A stretch of DNA of 64,000 bases, from positions 76,344,065 to 76,408,064 of the forward strand of contig JARFYF010000104.1 of assembly GCA_030265395.1 (NCBI GenBank), given 5' to 3'. The notes below the pieces were generated by a model. That model saw only the letters and a list, made by a program, of their open reading frames with translations. It did no database searches and was not told the origin of the DNA. Positions 24,326 through 37,522 of this stretch are shown in pieces (the first letter of the stretch is position 1; each line of letters starts with the position of its first letter). The DNA is from Rhina ancylostomus. Lineage: Eukaryota. The position numbers and the translations under genes are program-made.

Positions 24326-26570
24326 ACTTTTCACTTGCTGTCTCATGTCAAATCCTGTATGATGCTCTCCTAATTTTGATGTGAGTAATCAGTCATACGT
24401 TGACCCTAAAGTTCCAAGTTTTACTGGCAATAGAGGAAAGACGCCCCGTGAGACTAATGTCATCTTTAGGTCTGCAAATGATGGTGGGAGCATATCAGAC
24501 ACACTGAGGAAGTGAGCAGACTGATTTCCTGTTGGGCACAGTTTTACCCAGATGTGATTACCAGTGATCTCTTAATATAATTGCTTTTGTTTACAATTTT
24601 CATGTAAGAAGTATTCAGGTGAATTAAATTTCTAGGTTATTTTCACTTACAATTCTATAAGATGCCATCATTTATTAAAAAGTAAGTCATTGAAACAAGC
24701 ATTTCCATTAAAATGCTTTGTTATTTTCTTTGATTATTTCCTGATTAAATTGACACTATCTTTGCTGGCAATTTGAATATGCTCAATAATTATTTCATCT
24801 AATTTATGCTGTGCATTATGGCACATAGTTTAGTTCAATCCTTTGTTACCAAATAGTTATATTATCATAACTTGTAAGCACTATCAAAAGAATATATCTA
24901 TGTTACAGATAAGTAATCCAACCATTTCAAAAGGTAATTTACAACATTTTCAAATATTTAAATTACTATTGCTATTAAATGTCTTTGACAATTGTTTTCT
25001 GGATCTAGATTAAGCTATTCATGGTTCACTCTGAACTAAATATTTACATCGTAAATGTCACACTGCATGAAAAGATATGAAATGCATGTTGAACTTTATA
25101 AACAATTGTGTTTCATTACTGTGAACTAATCCTTCAGGCAAAAATATGAAGCATTTCAGGTCACCATTTTCCTGCAGCACATTACTTGTGATCCAGTTTA
25201 TCGAGAGTGAAGAAGCATACTGTAACAATGAAACAAAATAACCATCCTAAAAAGAACTTATCAAATGGAGCAGTGAAATGGATGGGAATGATAAAAGCAC
25301 TAAACATTTGATTTTACATTTGAAAATATCTGAAGGAAATGGATCTGTCGGTATCGCAAATTCTTAAAGGTCCATTTAATAGAAAAATGAAATATTATTA
25401 AATATATTGCTCCCTGCATGGTATAAGGTGTTGCCTTGATGTAAGCATTAAAAAGTACTCATCCTGAGAAAGAAATTTGAGTTTGGTTAATGGACACAAA
25501 AGAAGAAGGGTTCTAAAATTGGAAGGAAATCTAAATAAATTAAATATCAAATAGAAGACATATCTTGGTGGTATGTGGGGAGCTGGGTGAAATATACAAA
25601 TATCCTTTTAGATGTTCTATGACTATATAATATCAAACTAATTCTTTTGAGAGAATGATCATTTGCAGAAGAGCAAAATGACACACGTTCCCTCAACTTT
25701 CATTTTGTAATTTAAAGTACAGAAAATGATCTAAAATGTTGACCAATATTTTGCAGTGAGTGGCTGCAATGTTTTTGATGGATTAATAACATTTAACTAA
25801 GTACTTAACTGATACTTGGATATTGTACTTTTTTGTTTAATAAGACTGATTCATTTTGTTTATTTGAACTGCTAGATTAATGGAAGTAATGATGATTCCA
25901 GTTGAATCTTACTGTGAAATTCCAATTTAGCAAATAAACCTTTTAATGTAGGTTTGTTTGGCCTGCCAAAATCATCATCAAGTGTTATCCTTGAAATGTG
26001 ATCGTGTCTACGCTGTTGATATTTAAAAATGTGTGTAAACATAAAATCATAAGGGATTATGCCTGAATCAAATTAAAATGAGTAATGGTATCCAAACTTG
26101 CCAGATTTAGATTTTAATGCAATTTGAACTGTTTATCCATTATTAAAGATTTTATCAGCACATTTTTTCTTCATTCAGTTAGCTTGGTATTAGTTTCAGT
26201 CATCAGGCCATATTCTTTATGAGCTTAAATATGCATTTTGAAGAATTGTCTGTGTACACTATAGTGCTTGGATCTGTCAGCCTGGGCCCAAGAGCAAAGA
26301 CTAGNNNAGTACTCTATCTAGCCCATTTCATGTAGTCATATCTCTGCACTATTGCCATTACTTGTTGCAGCCCTGTGGATCCAATTGTCTTGGACGCCTT
26401 GCTGCTCCAGTTGTCCCACAAGGCTGAGGGGAACACAAATGGTATCTAGGCCTCAGTAACAGATACTGCTGCCCTGCTCCTGGACTACTCTGTCACTTTT
26501 TGACAGCCCACTGTGTCAAAGCCCTTTGAACAGAGTCAGTTAAAAACAGTTCAAATGAACTCAACTAAGT

Positions 26571-26697
26571 AAAAGCATATATATATTTATAAAAGCATAT
26601 GTATATTTATAAGCACATATATATTTAATAAATTTACTTATATACATATATACATACACACACTCATATATGTGTGTGTGTGTGTGTGTGTGTGTAT
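26571..26697. repeat. 20-bp tandem repeat (aaaagcatatRtatatttat, ~2.7 copies) followed by TA/CA/(TG)n microsatellite
   Basis: Directly visible. Confidence 0.9.
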
Positions 26698-26941
26698 AGG
26701 TATAAATTCATTAAAAGCACACTGAAGTGATGCAACTTAATGAAAAACATTAAGATTAAGTAAAGAAAACAATAGTCATGTCATTTGTGTCACTTATTTT
26801 CTTCATTAATGTCAGTGGCTCCATTAGAAAAGGGCTGCACTATATACCAGAGTCATGACTGACACATTTAAAGGACTTGATGGAAAGTGCATCTAACCTG
26901 TCAGTTCAGGATATCTGTGCCAATGTCATGCTACTGTCTAA

Positions 26942-27078
26942 AAAACAGAGATCAATAGGGAATAAGGGAATTAAAGGAAATGCAGATAGTGCTAGGAAAT
27001 GACACTTAAAGGTCAGTCATGCTTTTAATGAATGGGGAGCAGCTTCGAAGGATTGGATGGCCTACCCCTGTTCCTGTT
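26942..27078 (+). mobile_element. CR1 3' tail; partial inverted partner at 28211-28270
   Basis: aagggaattaaagg..gatagtgc..aatggggagcagcttcgaaggattggatggcctacccctgttcct. Confidence 0.7.
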
Positions 27079-28339
27079 TAATTGTGAGTATTTTGAAATA
27101 GTTGTTTCAGCCTTGCAGGATANNNNNNNNNNNNNNNNNNNNNNNNNNNNNNNNNNNNNNNNNNNNNNNNNNNNNNNNNNNNNNNNNNNNNNNNNNNNNN
27201 NNNNNNNNNNNNNNNNNNNNNNTAAAGGATTAGCTAACTGTTTCCTTTCTATTCTATTATTCCTTGGAGAGGCCAGTGATCTTTTGGTAGGTATCCCAGT
27301 TATATCTCACACTGTATTTGTTAGCTACATACAAAGCAATGTATGCAAGGACATACATAAGATCAAACCAGGGATACGAATATGGGCTGCATGAAATTGG
27401 ATGTTGTTCAGGGAGTGGAACAAGATAGTAGCTCAGGGAGGGAGTCTTCTGGGCACCATAAAATAAGTTTGGTCCAGGATGCAAATGAGATTATTAACTT
27501 TCTATGGTATTTGAAAAGAGGACCTGGGTCAGCTGAATTGTATCAAAAAATGACAACCAGATGTAGCAGAAAGCATGTTTATGAATTGGACTGCAGGACC
27601 CCTTTCTCAGGAGTGCATGGGCAACAACACCAGTGAAGACCTTTTTCCCAAAGTTGGTAATCATATGATGTGAACTAAGTGATAAGGAAAAGGATGACAT
27701 CTGCTATTTTGGGAGCTGGAGGACAAGAAGAACAAAATTAGTTATCTTGATCCAAACAATAAATATGTGGGTTGTTGTAAATTTCAGTCAAACTGTTGAA
27801 CTATTGGGTTTCCATTGTGAAATTGGAACCATGTCAATAATGCATATTTTTGAATTAGAGCCCTGGTCTGTTAAACCCCATGAAAGAAAGGGTAGACATG
27901 AGATACCCAGGGAAAGTCCAAAAGCCTTCACATTACAATATGGGATTTTCAGCATTCAAGGACCTTAAGGGAGCACAGAAGTACTGTGCACTTTCAACCA
28001 GGTAACATTCCACAATTATATTTCGGTTCAAAATGTTTGCCAATGGTTTCATTGTGAAGTGTTGCTTTGTGGTCTTCAAGAATCAGTTTATCTTTGACTT
28101 CAATGACAGTGCATTGCAGCACAGAATCAGAGATGAGCTGAAGGTCAGATGCTAGTGCCTCTGGCCTCCTGCTGATTCACTACATATAGCAATGAGTCTA
28201 AGATCTTCCTTTTTCCAGCACTATCCCCCCATATCCCTTAATTCCCTTATCCCTATTGATCTCTGTTTTGCAGTTGCTACAACAAGGGTGCAACTTCTCA
28301 TGACAATATTATGAAAATCAATTCATAGAATGAAAAGGA

Positions 28340-28742
28340 AATTAAAAACTCATTCAGTAATGTCATTCATGAGCTCAGAATTTTCAAAAGTGCTTTGTAG
28401 CCAATGAAAAACTTTCATAGTATTGTCACTGTTGTTGAAAAAAATGCAGTTGTGAAATAGACACAGATAATTTGTTTTGTGATATTACCTGAAAAATAAG
28501 TACTGTCTAAGATACTGGGGAGAGTTCCCCTGTAATTCTTGAATGGTTGATGTTGGACATTTGTCTAAAGGGGAAGACAGATCTAATGCTATAACCAAGA
28601 CGGTACCCTGGCAGTAAACTTTTACCTTACTGCAGCTCAGGAGTTTCAGTTCAGATTTTTTTTCGAACTTCTACAGTGAGACTTAAACTCACAACTTTCT
28701 GAAGGAGAGGCAGAAGTAATATACACTGAGCTACAGCTGACA
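28340..28742 (-). mobile_element. Near full-length Deu-domain SINE
   Basis: aaagtgctttgtagccaatgaa..gtcactgttgt..ggggagagttcccctg..tRNA-like head actgagctacagctgaca. Confidence 0.7.
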
Positions 28743-29450
28743 CATGCTAACGTGAATGCAAGAACAAATTGGAAATTATCACCAATTTGTTAGCACAAAT
28801 AACAGCCAATCATCATTGACACAATATATCAACAAAGTGATAATAGTCATCCATTAATAAGCCACATGAACACTCATTGATTCCATGTTGAAATTTCTAA
28901 AGTAAAATTCCTTTACTACAGGAATCATAGACATCAGGATATTCATGCTAGCACTTTAAAACCAAGCAATGATCTTTTATTTCCTCTCTGGGGAGGATGT
29001 TACCAGCAATTTAAATATAAATTAGTACAAATGTCACAATTTGTGGCATATTTATGAAATCAAAAGAACAAAGTGAGCTGTACCTATGAGATGTCAGGGA
29101 AGATTTTTAATTTTGACCTACCTGTGTTCAAGTGAGATTCAAAAATTAGGCAACCAATTTGTGGGCATGTTTCCCATCTAATATAATGCGCATACTATTT
29201 TACACAGAGGAAAATTTAGCTTCCAAGAGTTCTTCTATTATTAANNNNNNNNNNNNNNNNNNNNNNNNNNNNNNNNNNNNNNNNNNNNNNNNNNNNNNNN
29301 NNNNNNNNNNNNNNNNNNNNNNNNNNNNNNNNNNNNNNNNNNNNACAGAGGAAAATTGAGCTTCCAAGAGGTCTTATATTATTAAATAGAACAAATTTAT
29401 ATCAAATATTCAAATTGACATACAGCTCTTCATTGTCATCTTTCCTTGTG

Positions 29451-29655
29451 ACATAGAAGGAGGCCAGCTAGCCCATTAAGTCTTTGCTGGTACATAAAGC
29501 AATCCCCTCAACCACATTCCACCATTTATTTTTTTGTAACCTATTCTCTTTCCCACATGCTCATCAAGTCCCCACTTAATCTCCCACCAGCAACCTTCAT
29601 AAGGGATCATTTACAGCAGTCATTTCACCTACTAATCTGCATATCTATGGGGTGC
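29451..29655 (-). mobile_element. HE1/V-SINE-like element with CR1-type tail
   Basis: agaaggaggcca..gcccatt tail and taagggatcatttacagcagtc..cctactaatctgcatatctatggg. Confidence 0.55.
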
Positions 29656-31039
29656 TCTGGTATACTTCTTGTAACCAGAAAATGAAAATAAAAATGTTGA
29701 AAGTTAATCTTCTCAGTTAAAGAGAATAAAGTATGATGTGTCAGATGACACATGTGTCAATGAATTTTATGTTAGAAATTATGTAAAAAGAAATAGCAGG
29801 TATACTCATTTATCTGGAATTTGGAGGAAAAAATATCAACCCAAATCATAATCGTTCCTTGCCCCTTTTGAAGGACATCAAAAGTTTAAGATCATCTGAG
29901 GAAATCTACCTATTATAAAATATAAAAATAATTACTCAAATTTTAAGGGATTATAAAAGTATTCGGCAGAATTGCACCATGGAAATAACCACAACTTTAG
30001 AACTTCTGCAGTGTCAAAATGTACTTCAAAGTTCTGAAGTTTGTAGTACATCTTGCTCCCAGTGATTAGGGCAGATTCAACAGGTAGGCTGATTTTGCAT
30101 TCCAAATTGATAAAAAAAATGCAGATATTTATAAACTAATATTGCTGAAAAAAGACCCTGAAATTCCATGCTTTGTTGTTTGAGGCATAAGTTTTTAAAA
30201 AATTTACCAAGCAAGCCATTGTTACTACATTTCAGACTTGCTGGGCTGAAAAATTGGATTTTATTTATGTGAAATTCAATTCCCTCAGATAGATATCTCA
30301 TAATGTTATGTTTTATTTGTCGGAAGGCATTTTCTTATTGCATTTCAGTTTCTATGTTGGCTGCATCTTTATTTTTCACTTAACAAGATGTTACAAATAT
30401 CAATGAAACAGTTTTCTCTCAGTTTCCAGGTTTGCCCTCAGTGAGAATTTCTCATTCTGGTTGATTAATCTGTTTGCTGTATGTGCCAGGGATCATTTGG
30501 AGCTGGTGCCGAGGTTAGAGAAAGGGAAATATACATCACAGAGACAGCCTATTTTGGGGTTGATCTTGATCATGTACCAATTATATTTTATAGTGCTTTG
30601 CAATAATTCTAATTACCAGAATTAATTTTTTCCATTCAACCGAGGCAGGAGTGCTTCAATATTCAAATTTTTGCCAACAATGTAGCACATGACTGAGTTA
30701 TTGAATGTTTTTCTCTTGCTTTTTTTTCCAAGAGGCAAGGTGAATTTGGGGGATGTGGTAGCATCTTATGACAGAGAGGGAGAGAAAATAACTCCAAGAG
30801 TTACTTCCAGACTATCTTATGCAACCAATAATATCTTTACAAAGGTGTACTACAAAAAATATCATACAAAATCAATGTAAAAGGATATATAATTCAGTAA
30901 TGAATGTTGAATCTGCTATGTTCTTAGACAAAAATATTCCCATTCTGACCAGAAGAGAAGTAAGCTGATTGTACAAATTGATAGCTGCACTTTAGCAAAA
31001 AAAACATGTAAGGACAAAGACTAATTGCCAGTTACTTTT

Positions 31040-31410
31040 CAGCTTGGCAGACGATACAAAGCTAGGTAGAAAAATGAGCTCTGAATTGAGCTCTGCAAAT
31101 TTATATGGATATTTAGTGAGTGAACACTAAGGAGGCAATAGAACATTGCATGGTAAAATGTGAAATATTCACTTTGGTAGGAAAAATAGAAATGCCAACT
31201 GTTTTTCAAATGTAAGTAACTACTAAACATTGGTGTATGAATATGGTGGGATCTGGTGTGTTGATTTGTAAAGATGAAAGTTATTGAGCAGTTATAACAA
31301 GCAAACAGAGAGGCAAATGATACATAGTTCTATGTTGCAAGAATAAGGAAGTCTTGCATAGAACATGTGAGATCACACTTGAAATGTTTTGTTTTCCACC
31401 TGAGATTAAT
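31040..31410 (+). mobile_element. Old CR1 ORF2 fragment
   Basis: aaatgtgaaatattcactttggtaggaaaaata translates to KCEIFTLVGKI / HFGRKN-like CR1 motif. Confidence 0.55.
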
Positions 31411-33369
31411 GGTTGCCATATGTGTCACTCGACAAAACTTCAGGAATCCTGTCAAACTCCTGGTGGAGTTGGGTAGTCTTTCCCTCCAGTGAGACCCATG
31501 CCATGCTGGCTTCATTGACATGTGTAGGAGGACATATGACTCAGTCTCACTTGTGTTACCAATGCCAATCAAAAGCTACAGCCTCCAAAACTTGCCTTTT
31601 CAGCTTCATCACGCACACTGTCTGATACCTGAAACCTGACAGGTTTTCTTTATACATAAAAGAAATGGAAAAAGAGAATGGAAACTCCTGGATGAAGCAC
31701 ATTGGGCAGTTTCTATTATTTACTAAAAATTAGCTCAGCATAAATAACTAACTTCATGTCACTGGCACAGGGGACAAAAAGGATGAGTAAGAAAAAGTGT
31801 GATAAAAACAATCTGTACACCTTTCATAAGAGGCTGTATATAATTGGAAAAGTCGAACTAAATGTCGTGTTAAACTTTGTTAGTTTAATATTGTACTACA
31901 CTTTAAACATTAATCTTTTGTAAGGATAAGACAACGATTTTGCTTCAACATAGTCTTAAAGAATATAAGCCATTTTCGGAATAAAAAGTTTAATCAGACA
32001 AATGAAAACAGAGAAGTAACCAGTTTGCAGAAGCACATCATGGATTGAGACATTCAGAACATTTTAACCTGTGCATCAACTTTTAAGGATCTATACACAT
32101 GTCTATAGTAATATCAGAAGCCATTTATGTTTAAAAATTGGCTGCAGTTTTAGGGAGGAACTGTTGAAATTTAGGTTTCTTGTCTAAGCAAACTTCAACC
32201 AAATATAAAAGTTATATTAAAAACAAAAATCATCAACATAAGCCCAGCTATTTCCATAATGTATTTAAGTGTATAAAATTTAAACGTATCTCAGGAGATT
32301 TGGCATGGCATATACACTTAAAGGTTATCAAGTTCTGGGAAAGGTATCTTGTTAAAGCCAGATATCAGTAACGACATGGTGCTATTGCAATAGAGCACTT
32401 TCTTAAAAGTCCAACTTTAATAGGTCTGTGCATCCCAGATCATGATTAAGGTGTTCAGTTGATGGGGCTTTTTCCTGTTAGAAGCTGGTCGCACTATTTC
32501 AAAAGCAACCTATTAAGTTATGGAGGCTGAGGGCATAAACATTGAAAACTTGCATTAGTCTCAAACAAACCAAAATGTTAACATTTCAGGTTCAAAGTAA
32601 AAAGAGGAAATACAGTCAACAGCTGTGGACTAAAACATTTCTCAATGCTATCCTTTCATCACAAATGCCATTAAATTGAAAGAACATTGTTAACTTCTGC
32701 TATCAAAAGCTTTCTGTGCTCCTTTGCACTGCTATCCTCCTGCTTCACCAACCCCCACCACCCCCAGTTCCCAGGTTGCTGTTAGCAATGCTGTCCCCAT
32801 GCTAAGGTTGGTTCCCACTTCCTTCTAGTGTGTAACAAGACTGCAAAGATGGCTCAGCTGACCCAGAGTTTTCTTGATCATAGCTACGCAATTGTGCCAG
32901 TTGGCATGCATGGTGACATTATAGCAAGTGTGGATCAGATCCTGTCACTGAGTCCTGAGCAGCCTGGCATGCCTCCTTTCATTTCATGCCACTGCAGCAG
33001 TAAAGCATTACTCCACAGTCTCTGTTAAAAGGATGCTGTTGCTAATTTATGGGAATTTCTGCCTAGAGATAGAGGAAATGGGTGAGGTACTAAGTGAGCA
33101 TTTTGCATCGGATATAAAGGACAGTGAGATTAGGGAGGGATATGCTGATATTCTGGGGCATGTTGATATCAAAAAGGAGGAGGTGTTGTGTCTCTTGAAG
33201 ACCATTAAGGTGGATACATCCCTAGGGCCTGATGAGATCCAAGCCAAGTTATTCAGATGGGCCTTGACAGATATCTTTGCATCCTCTTTAGGCACAGGAG
33301 AGGTCCTGAAGGATTGGAGAATAGCTTATGTTTTCCCTCTGCTTATGTTGGTCAATAGAGACAAACCAC

Positions 33370-33702
33370 AAGATCACAAGACAAAGGAGCAAAAGTAGGC
33401 CATTCAGCCCTTTGAGTCTGCTCCATGAGCTATTCCTATCTCACCCCAAATTCTGGCCTTATCCCCATATCCTTTGATACCATGACTAATTAGATACCAA
33501 TCTATCTCCTCCTTAAACACCCCCAATGATTTGGCCTCCACAGCTGTACATGGCAAAGAATTCCATAATTTCACTACCTTCTGGCTAAAGAAATTTCCCC
33601 TCATTTGTTTTAAAGCAGTATCCTTTAATTCTAAGATTGTGCCCTCTAGTCCTGGACTCACCCACCAAGGGAAACAGCTTAACCACATCTACTCTGTCCA
33701 GT
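33370..33702 (-). mobile_element. Second CR1 3' end inserted antisense into the host CR1
   Basis: ORF 33404-33688: NFFSQKVVKLWNSLPCTAVEAKSLGVFKEEID..GIKGYG. Confidence 0.9.
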
Positions 33703-34085
33703 NNNNNNNNNNNNNNNNNNNNNNNNNNNNNNNNNNNNNNNNNNNNNNNNNNNNNNNNNNNNNNNNNNNNNNNNNNNNNNNNNNNNNNNNNNNNNNNNNN
33801 NNAAGATTAAGGCACATGTGATCTGTGGAGACTGGGTAGATTGGATTCAAAATTGGCTTGGCCACAGAATACAGAGAGTAGTCATGGAAAGGTGTTCTTC
33901 TGACCTTAGGTTTACGATCAGTGGTGTTTCACAAGGATCAGTGCTGGGACCTCTGTATTTGTGGTATATGTAAATGATTTGGAAGAAATGTAGGTGGGCT
34001 AATTAGAAAATTTACTGATGACATAAACATTGGTGGAGTTGTGGATAGTGAGAAACATTGTCAAAGGATTCAGCAGGATATGGAG

Positions 34086-34240
34086 ACACAAGAGACTGAC
34101 GATATTGGAATCTGGAGCAACAAACAATCTGCTGCAGTCTTGATGCAGGGTTTCAACTTGAAACATTGGTAATTTCTTTCCTCCCACAGATGCTGCTCGA
34201 CCTATTAAGTTCCTCCAGCAGGTTGTGTGTTGCTTCAGCA
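34086..34240. mobile_element. Penelope-derived tail insert with an inverted arrangement
   Basis: 34086-34135 in minus orientation and 34135-34240 in plus orientation of the same family. Confidence 0.7.
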
Positions 34241-34882
34241 AGAAATAGAGCACTTGAAAACATGGGCATGGGCAGGTGAGATTAATCCAGACAAGTGTGA
34301 GGTAGTGCACCTTGGGAAGTCAAATGTAAGAGGATAGTATATAGTGAGTAGCAGGACCCTTAGGAGCATTGATGTACAGAGAGATGTTGAGGTGCAAGTC
34401 TACTGCTCCCTGAAAGCAGTAATACAAGTAAATAGGGTGGTAAAGAAGGCATGCAGCATATTTGCTTTCATCACTTGGGATGTTGAGTATAAAAATCGGG
34501 AAGTCATGTCGCAGCTTAGAAAACTTTGGTTGGCTACATTTGGAATACTGTGTGCACTTCTGGTCACCACATTACAGGAAGGATGTGAAGGCTTCAGAGA
34601 GAGTAAATTGGAANNNNNNNNNNNNNNNNNNNNNNNNNNNNNNNNNNNNNNNNNNNNNNNNNNNNNNNNNNNNNNNNNNNNNNNNNNNNNNNNNNNNNNN
34701 NNNNNNNNNNNNNNNNNNNNNNNNNNNNNNNNNNNNNNNNNNNNNNNNNNNNNNNNNNNNNNNNNNNNNNNNNNNNNNNNNNNNNNNNNNNNNNNNNNNN
34801 NNNNNNNNNNNNNNNNNNNNNNNNNNNNNNNNNNNNNNNNNNNNNNNNNNNNNNNNNNNNNNNNNNNNNNNNNNNNNNNNNN

Positions 34883-37457
34883 CTGTCCTTGAGCCTGGTG
34901 GTACATGCTTTCAGGCTTTTGTATCTTCTGCCCGATGTGAGGGGTCAAGGGAGAATGTCTGGGGTAGGTGGGGACTTTGATTATGTTGGCTGCCTTACTG
35001 AGACTGTAGGAAGTGTAGACAGAGTCCATGGAGGGGAGGCTGGTTTCCATGATGTTCTGGGCTGTGTCCACAACCCTCTGCAGTTTCTTGCAGTCATGGG
35101 CAGAGCAGTTGCCATACCAAGCTGTGATGCATCTGGATAGGATGCTTTCTATGGTGCATTGATAAAAATTGATAAGAGTCAAAGGGGACATGCCAAATTT
35201 CTTTGGCCCCTTGAGGAAGTAGAGGCGCTGGTGAGCTTTCTTGGCTGCGCCATCTATGTGGTTGGACCAGGACAGGCTATTGGTGATGTTCACTCTTAGG
35301 AACTTGAAGCTCTCAACCCTCTCAACATCAGCATTGCTGATGTAAGCTGGACCTCCTCTACATTGGTGAGACCAAATGCAGATTAGGTAATGTTTTGCAG
35401 AACACCTGCGCTCTGTCCGTAACCGCGATCCGCATCTCCCCATTGCCATTCACTTCAACTCCCCCTCCCACACTATCACTGATATTTCTGTCCTCGGCCT
35501 CCTCCACTGCCGGGAGAATTCCAAGTGCAAACTGAAGAGGAACAGCACCTCATTTTCCGTCTTGGAACCTTGCAGTCTAACGGCATGGACATTGAATTCT
35601 CCCACTTTAAGTAATCCCCACACCCCTTCCCCACAAACCTATTGCTTCTTCTCTTCTTCCCTGTAATAGCCTATCTCTCTTTTTTCTACCCCCATTTTTT
35701 TCCTTTCTCTCCTTACTTTTGACCCATCCCCCAGTGGATCAGCTCTCCTCTCCTCCCCCACACCTGTCACTATCACTTACCTGCATCTTCCTATCACCAC
35801 CTTGTGCCCACCCCACCTCCCCTTTTTTTTCCACCTATCACTGCTCTGCTTTTCCCTCCTAAAAATTGGGCTTCCCCTTTTTCTATCTTCATTTCTGAAG
35901 AAGGGTCCTGAAACGTTGACCGCCTTCTTTTCTCCACAGATGCTGCCTGACCTGCTGAGTTCCTCCAGCATCACGACCAGCTCTTTTGTTTTGCTGACAT
36001 TGAGGGAAAGGTTGTTGTCATGACACCATGTCACTAGACTCTCTATCTCTTTCCTNNNNNNNNNNNNNNNNNNNNNNNNNNNNNNNNNNNNNNNNNNNNN
36101 NNNNNNNNNNNNNNNNNNNNNNNNNNNNNNNNNNAGATGGAATTAGAGCAGAATCTGGCCATGCAATCATGATTGTATAGGGCGTAGAGAAGGCCACTGA
36201 GGATGCAGCCTCGTGGGGCACCAGTGTTGAGAATAATCATGATTGTGGTCTGTTGGTCGGGAAGTAAAGGATCCAGTTGCAAAGGGAGGTGTTGAGTCCC
36301 AAGTCTAGGATTTTGGAGATGAGTTTGCTTGGAATTATAGTATTGAAAGTGTAGTTGTAGTCAATAAACAATAGTCTAACATAGGTGTCTTTACAGTCCA
36401 GATGCTCCAGAGCTGACCGTAGGGACAGGGAGAAGGTGTTCACCTTAGACCTGTTTCGGCGGTAATGAATTGCAGTGTGTTGAGGTTGTCTGGGAGGTTG
36501 AAGTTAATGAATGCCATGATCAGCCTCTCGAAGCACTTCATAATGGTGGATGTCAGAGCCACTGGGCAGTAGTCATTAAGGCACATTACCTTGATTTTCT
36601 TAGGTACCAGGATGATAGGGGTATTCTTAAAGCAGGTGGGAACCTGAGATTGAATCAGGAACCTGAGATTAAAAGTGTCTGCTACTATCCCTGCCAGCTG
36701 ATCTGCACAGGACACGGCCAGGGACACCATCCGGGCCAGATGCTTTGCCCAAATTCACTCTCTGGAAGACTGATCTGCAATGGTGACCGTGGGTCCAAGT
36801 GCATTGGAGACTGAGGGGGCGGGTGGTGACTTTCCAATCCCCTTCTGTTCAAAACATGCATAGAATGTGTTAAGCTCAGTGGGAAGGAATGGGCTGTTGT
36901 TGGTGACCCTGCCCAACTTTGTTTAGTAACCTGTTGTAGCATGTAAGCCCTGCCACAACTGGTGACTGGTTTGGGATTCAATTTTGGACTGGTATTGTCT
37001 CTTGGCATTCCTGATAGCTTTATGCAGGCTGTGTCTTGATTTCTTGGATAGGTCAGGGTCACCTGATTTGAACACCACAATCCTAGTCTTCAGAAGGGAG
37101 TGGATCTCCCAGTTCATCCATGATTTCTGGTCTGGGAACACCCAGGTCATCCTCTTTTGTACACAGTCCTGTGACGGTGGCGACCCACTCATCTAGGCTG
37201 GCTGCTGAGTCTTTGAACATGGACCAGTCTATTGCCTCAAAGCAGTCACGTGGAAGCCCATCACTTCAGTCCAGCACTGTGTGACTTTCTGTACTGGATC
37301 CTCACATTTCAGTTTCTGTTTGTATGCAGACAGAAGGAGCACAGGCTGGTGGTCTGATTTATCAAAGTGTGGGCATGGGGTGGCTCGCTATGTGTCTTTG
37401 ATGGTTGTGTAGCAATGGTTAAAGGTGTTTGGGCTTCTGGTGGGACAGGAGACATGC
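34883..37457 (-). mobile_element. 5'-truncated Rex1/Babar-clade LINE (endonuclease end, RT and C-terminus; frameshifted), interrupted at 35347-35971
   Basis: SDH endonuclease motif, [98 protein letters not shown]. Confidence 0.9.
35347..35971 (+). mobile_element. Penelope-like element 3' fragment: GIY-YIG endonuclease C-terminus (35356-35614, two frameshifts), pyrimidine-rich UTR and hammerhead-like tail
   Basis: LYIGETKCRLG..FAEHLRSV..HFNSPSH..EEQHLIFRLGTLQSNGMDIEF*; CTGAAGA..GAAACGTT at 35895-35917. Confidence 0.85.
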
Positions 37458-37522
37458 AGAAGAGATGTAGAGGAGGTTCACCAGGATGATGCCTGAATTA
37501 GAGAGTATTACCTATAAGGAGA

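Larger units (their letters stand above)
33055..34612 (+). mobile_element. CR1 LINE ORF2 (RT) remnant hosting nested insertions; resumes at ~37458-37522
   Basis: LGPDEI..DWRIAYVFPL, GVSQGSVLGPL, KFTDD..IGGVVDSE, HLEYCVHFWSPHYRKDV, then RRFTRMMPELE after the Rex1 insert. Confidence 0.9.

Noticed and set aside
27223-27968. Short ORFs between the inverted CR1 tails as a transposase
   Set aside because: No DDE or other recognisable motif in the translations.
29991-30044. Imperfect inverted repeat acaactttagaactt / aagttctgaagtttgt
   Set aside because: Short, AT-rich and mismatched; within chance expectation.
34400-37192. RT-like ORFs as a host gene or active element
   Set aside because: Frameshifted, 5'-truncated Rex1/Babar and CR1 remnants.
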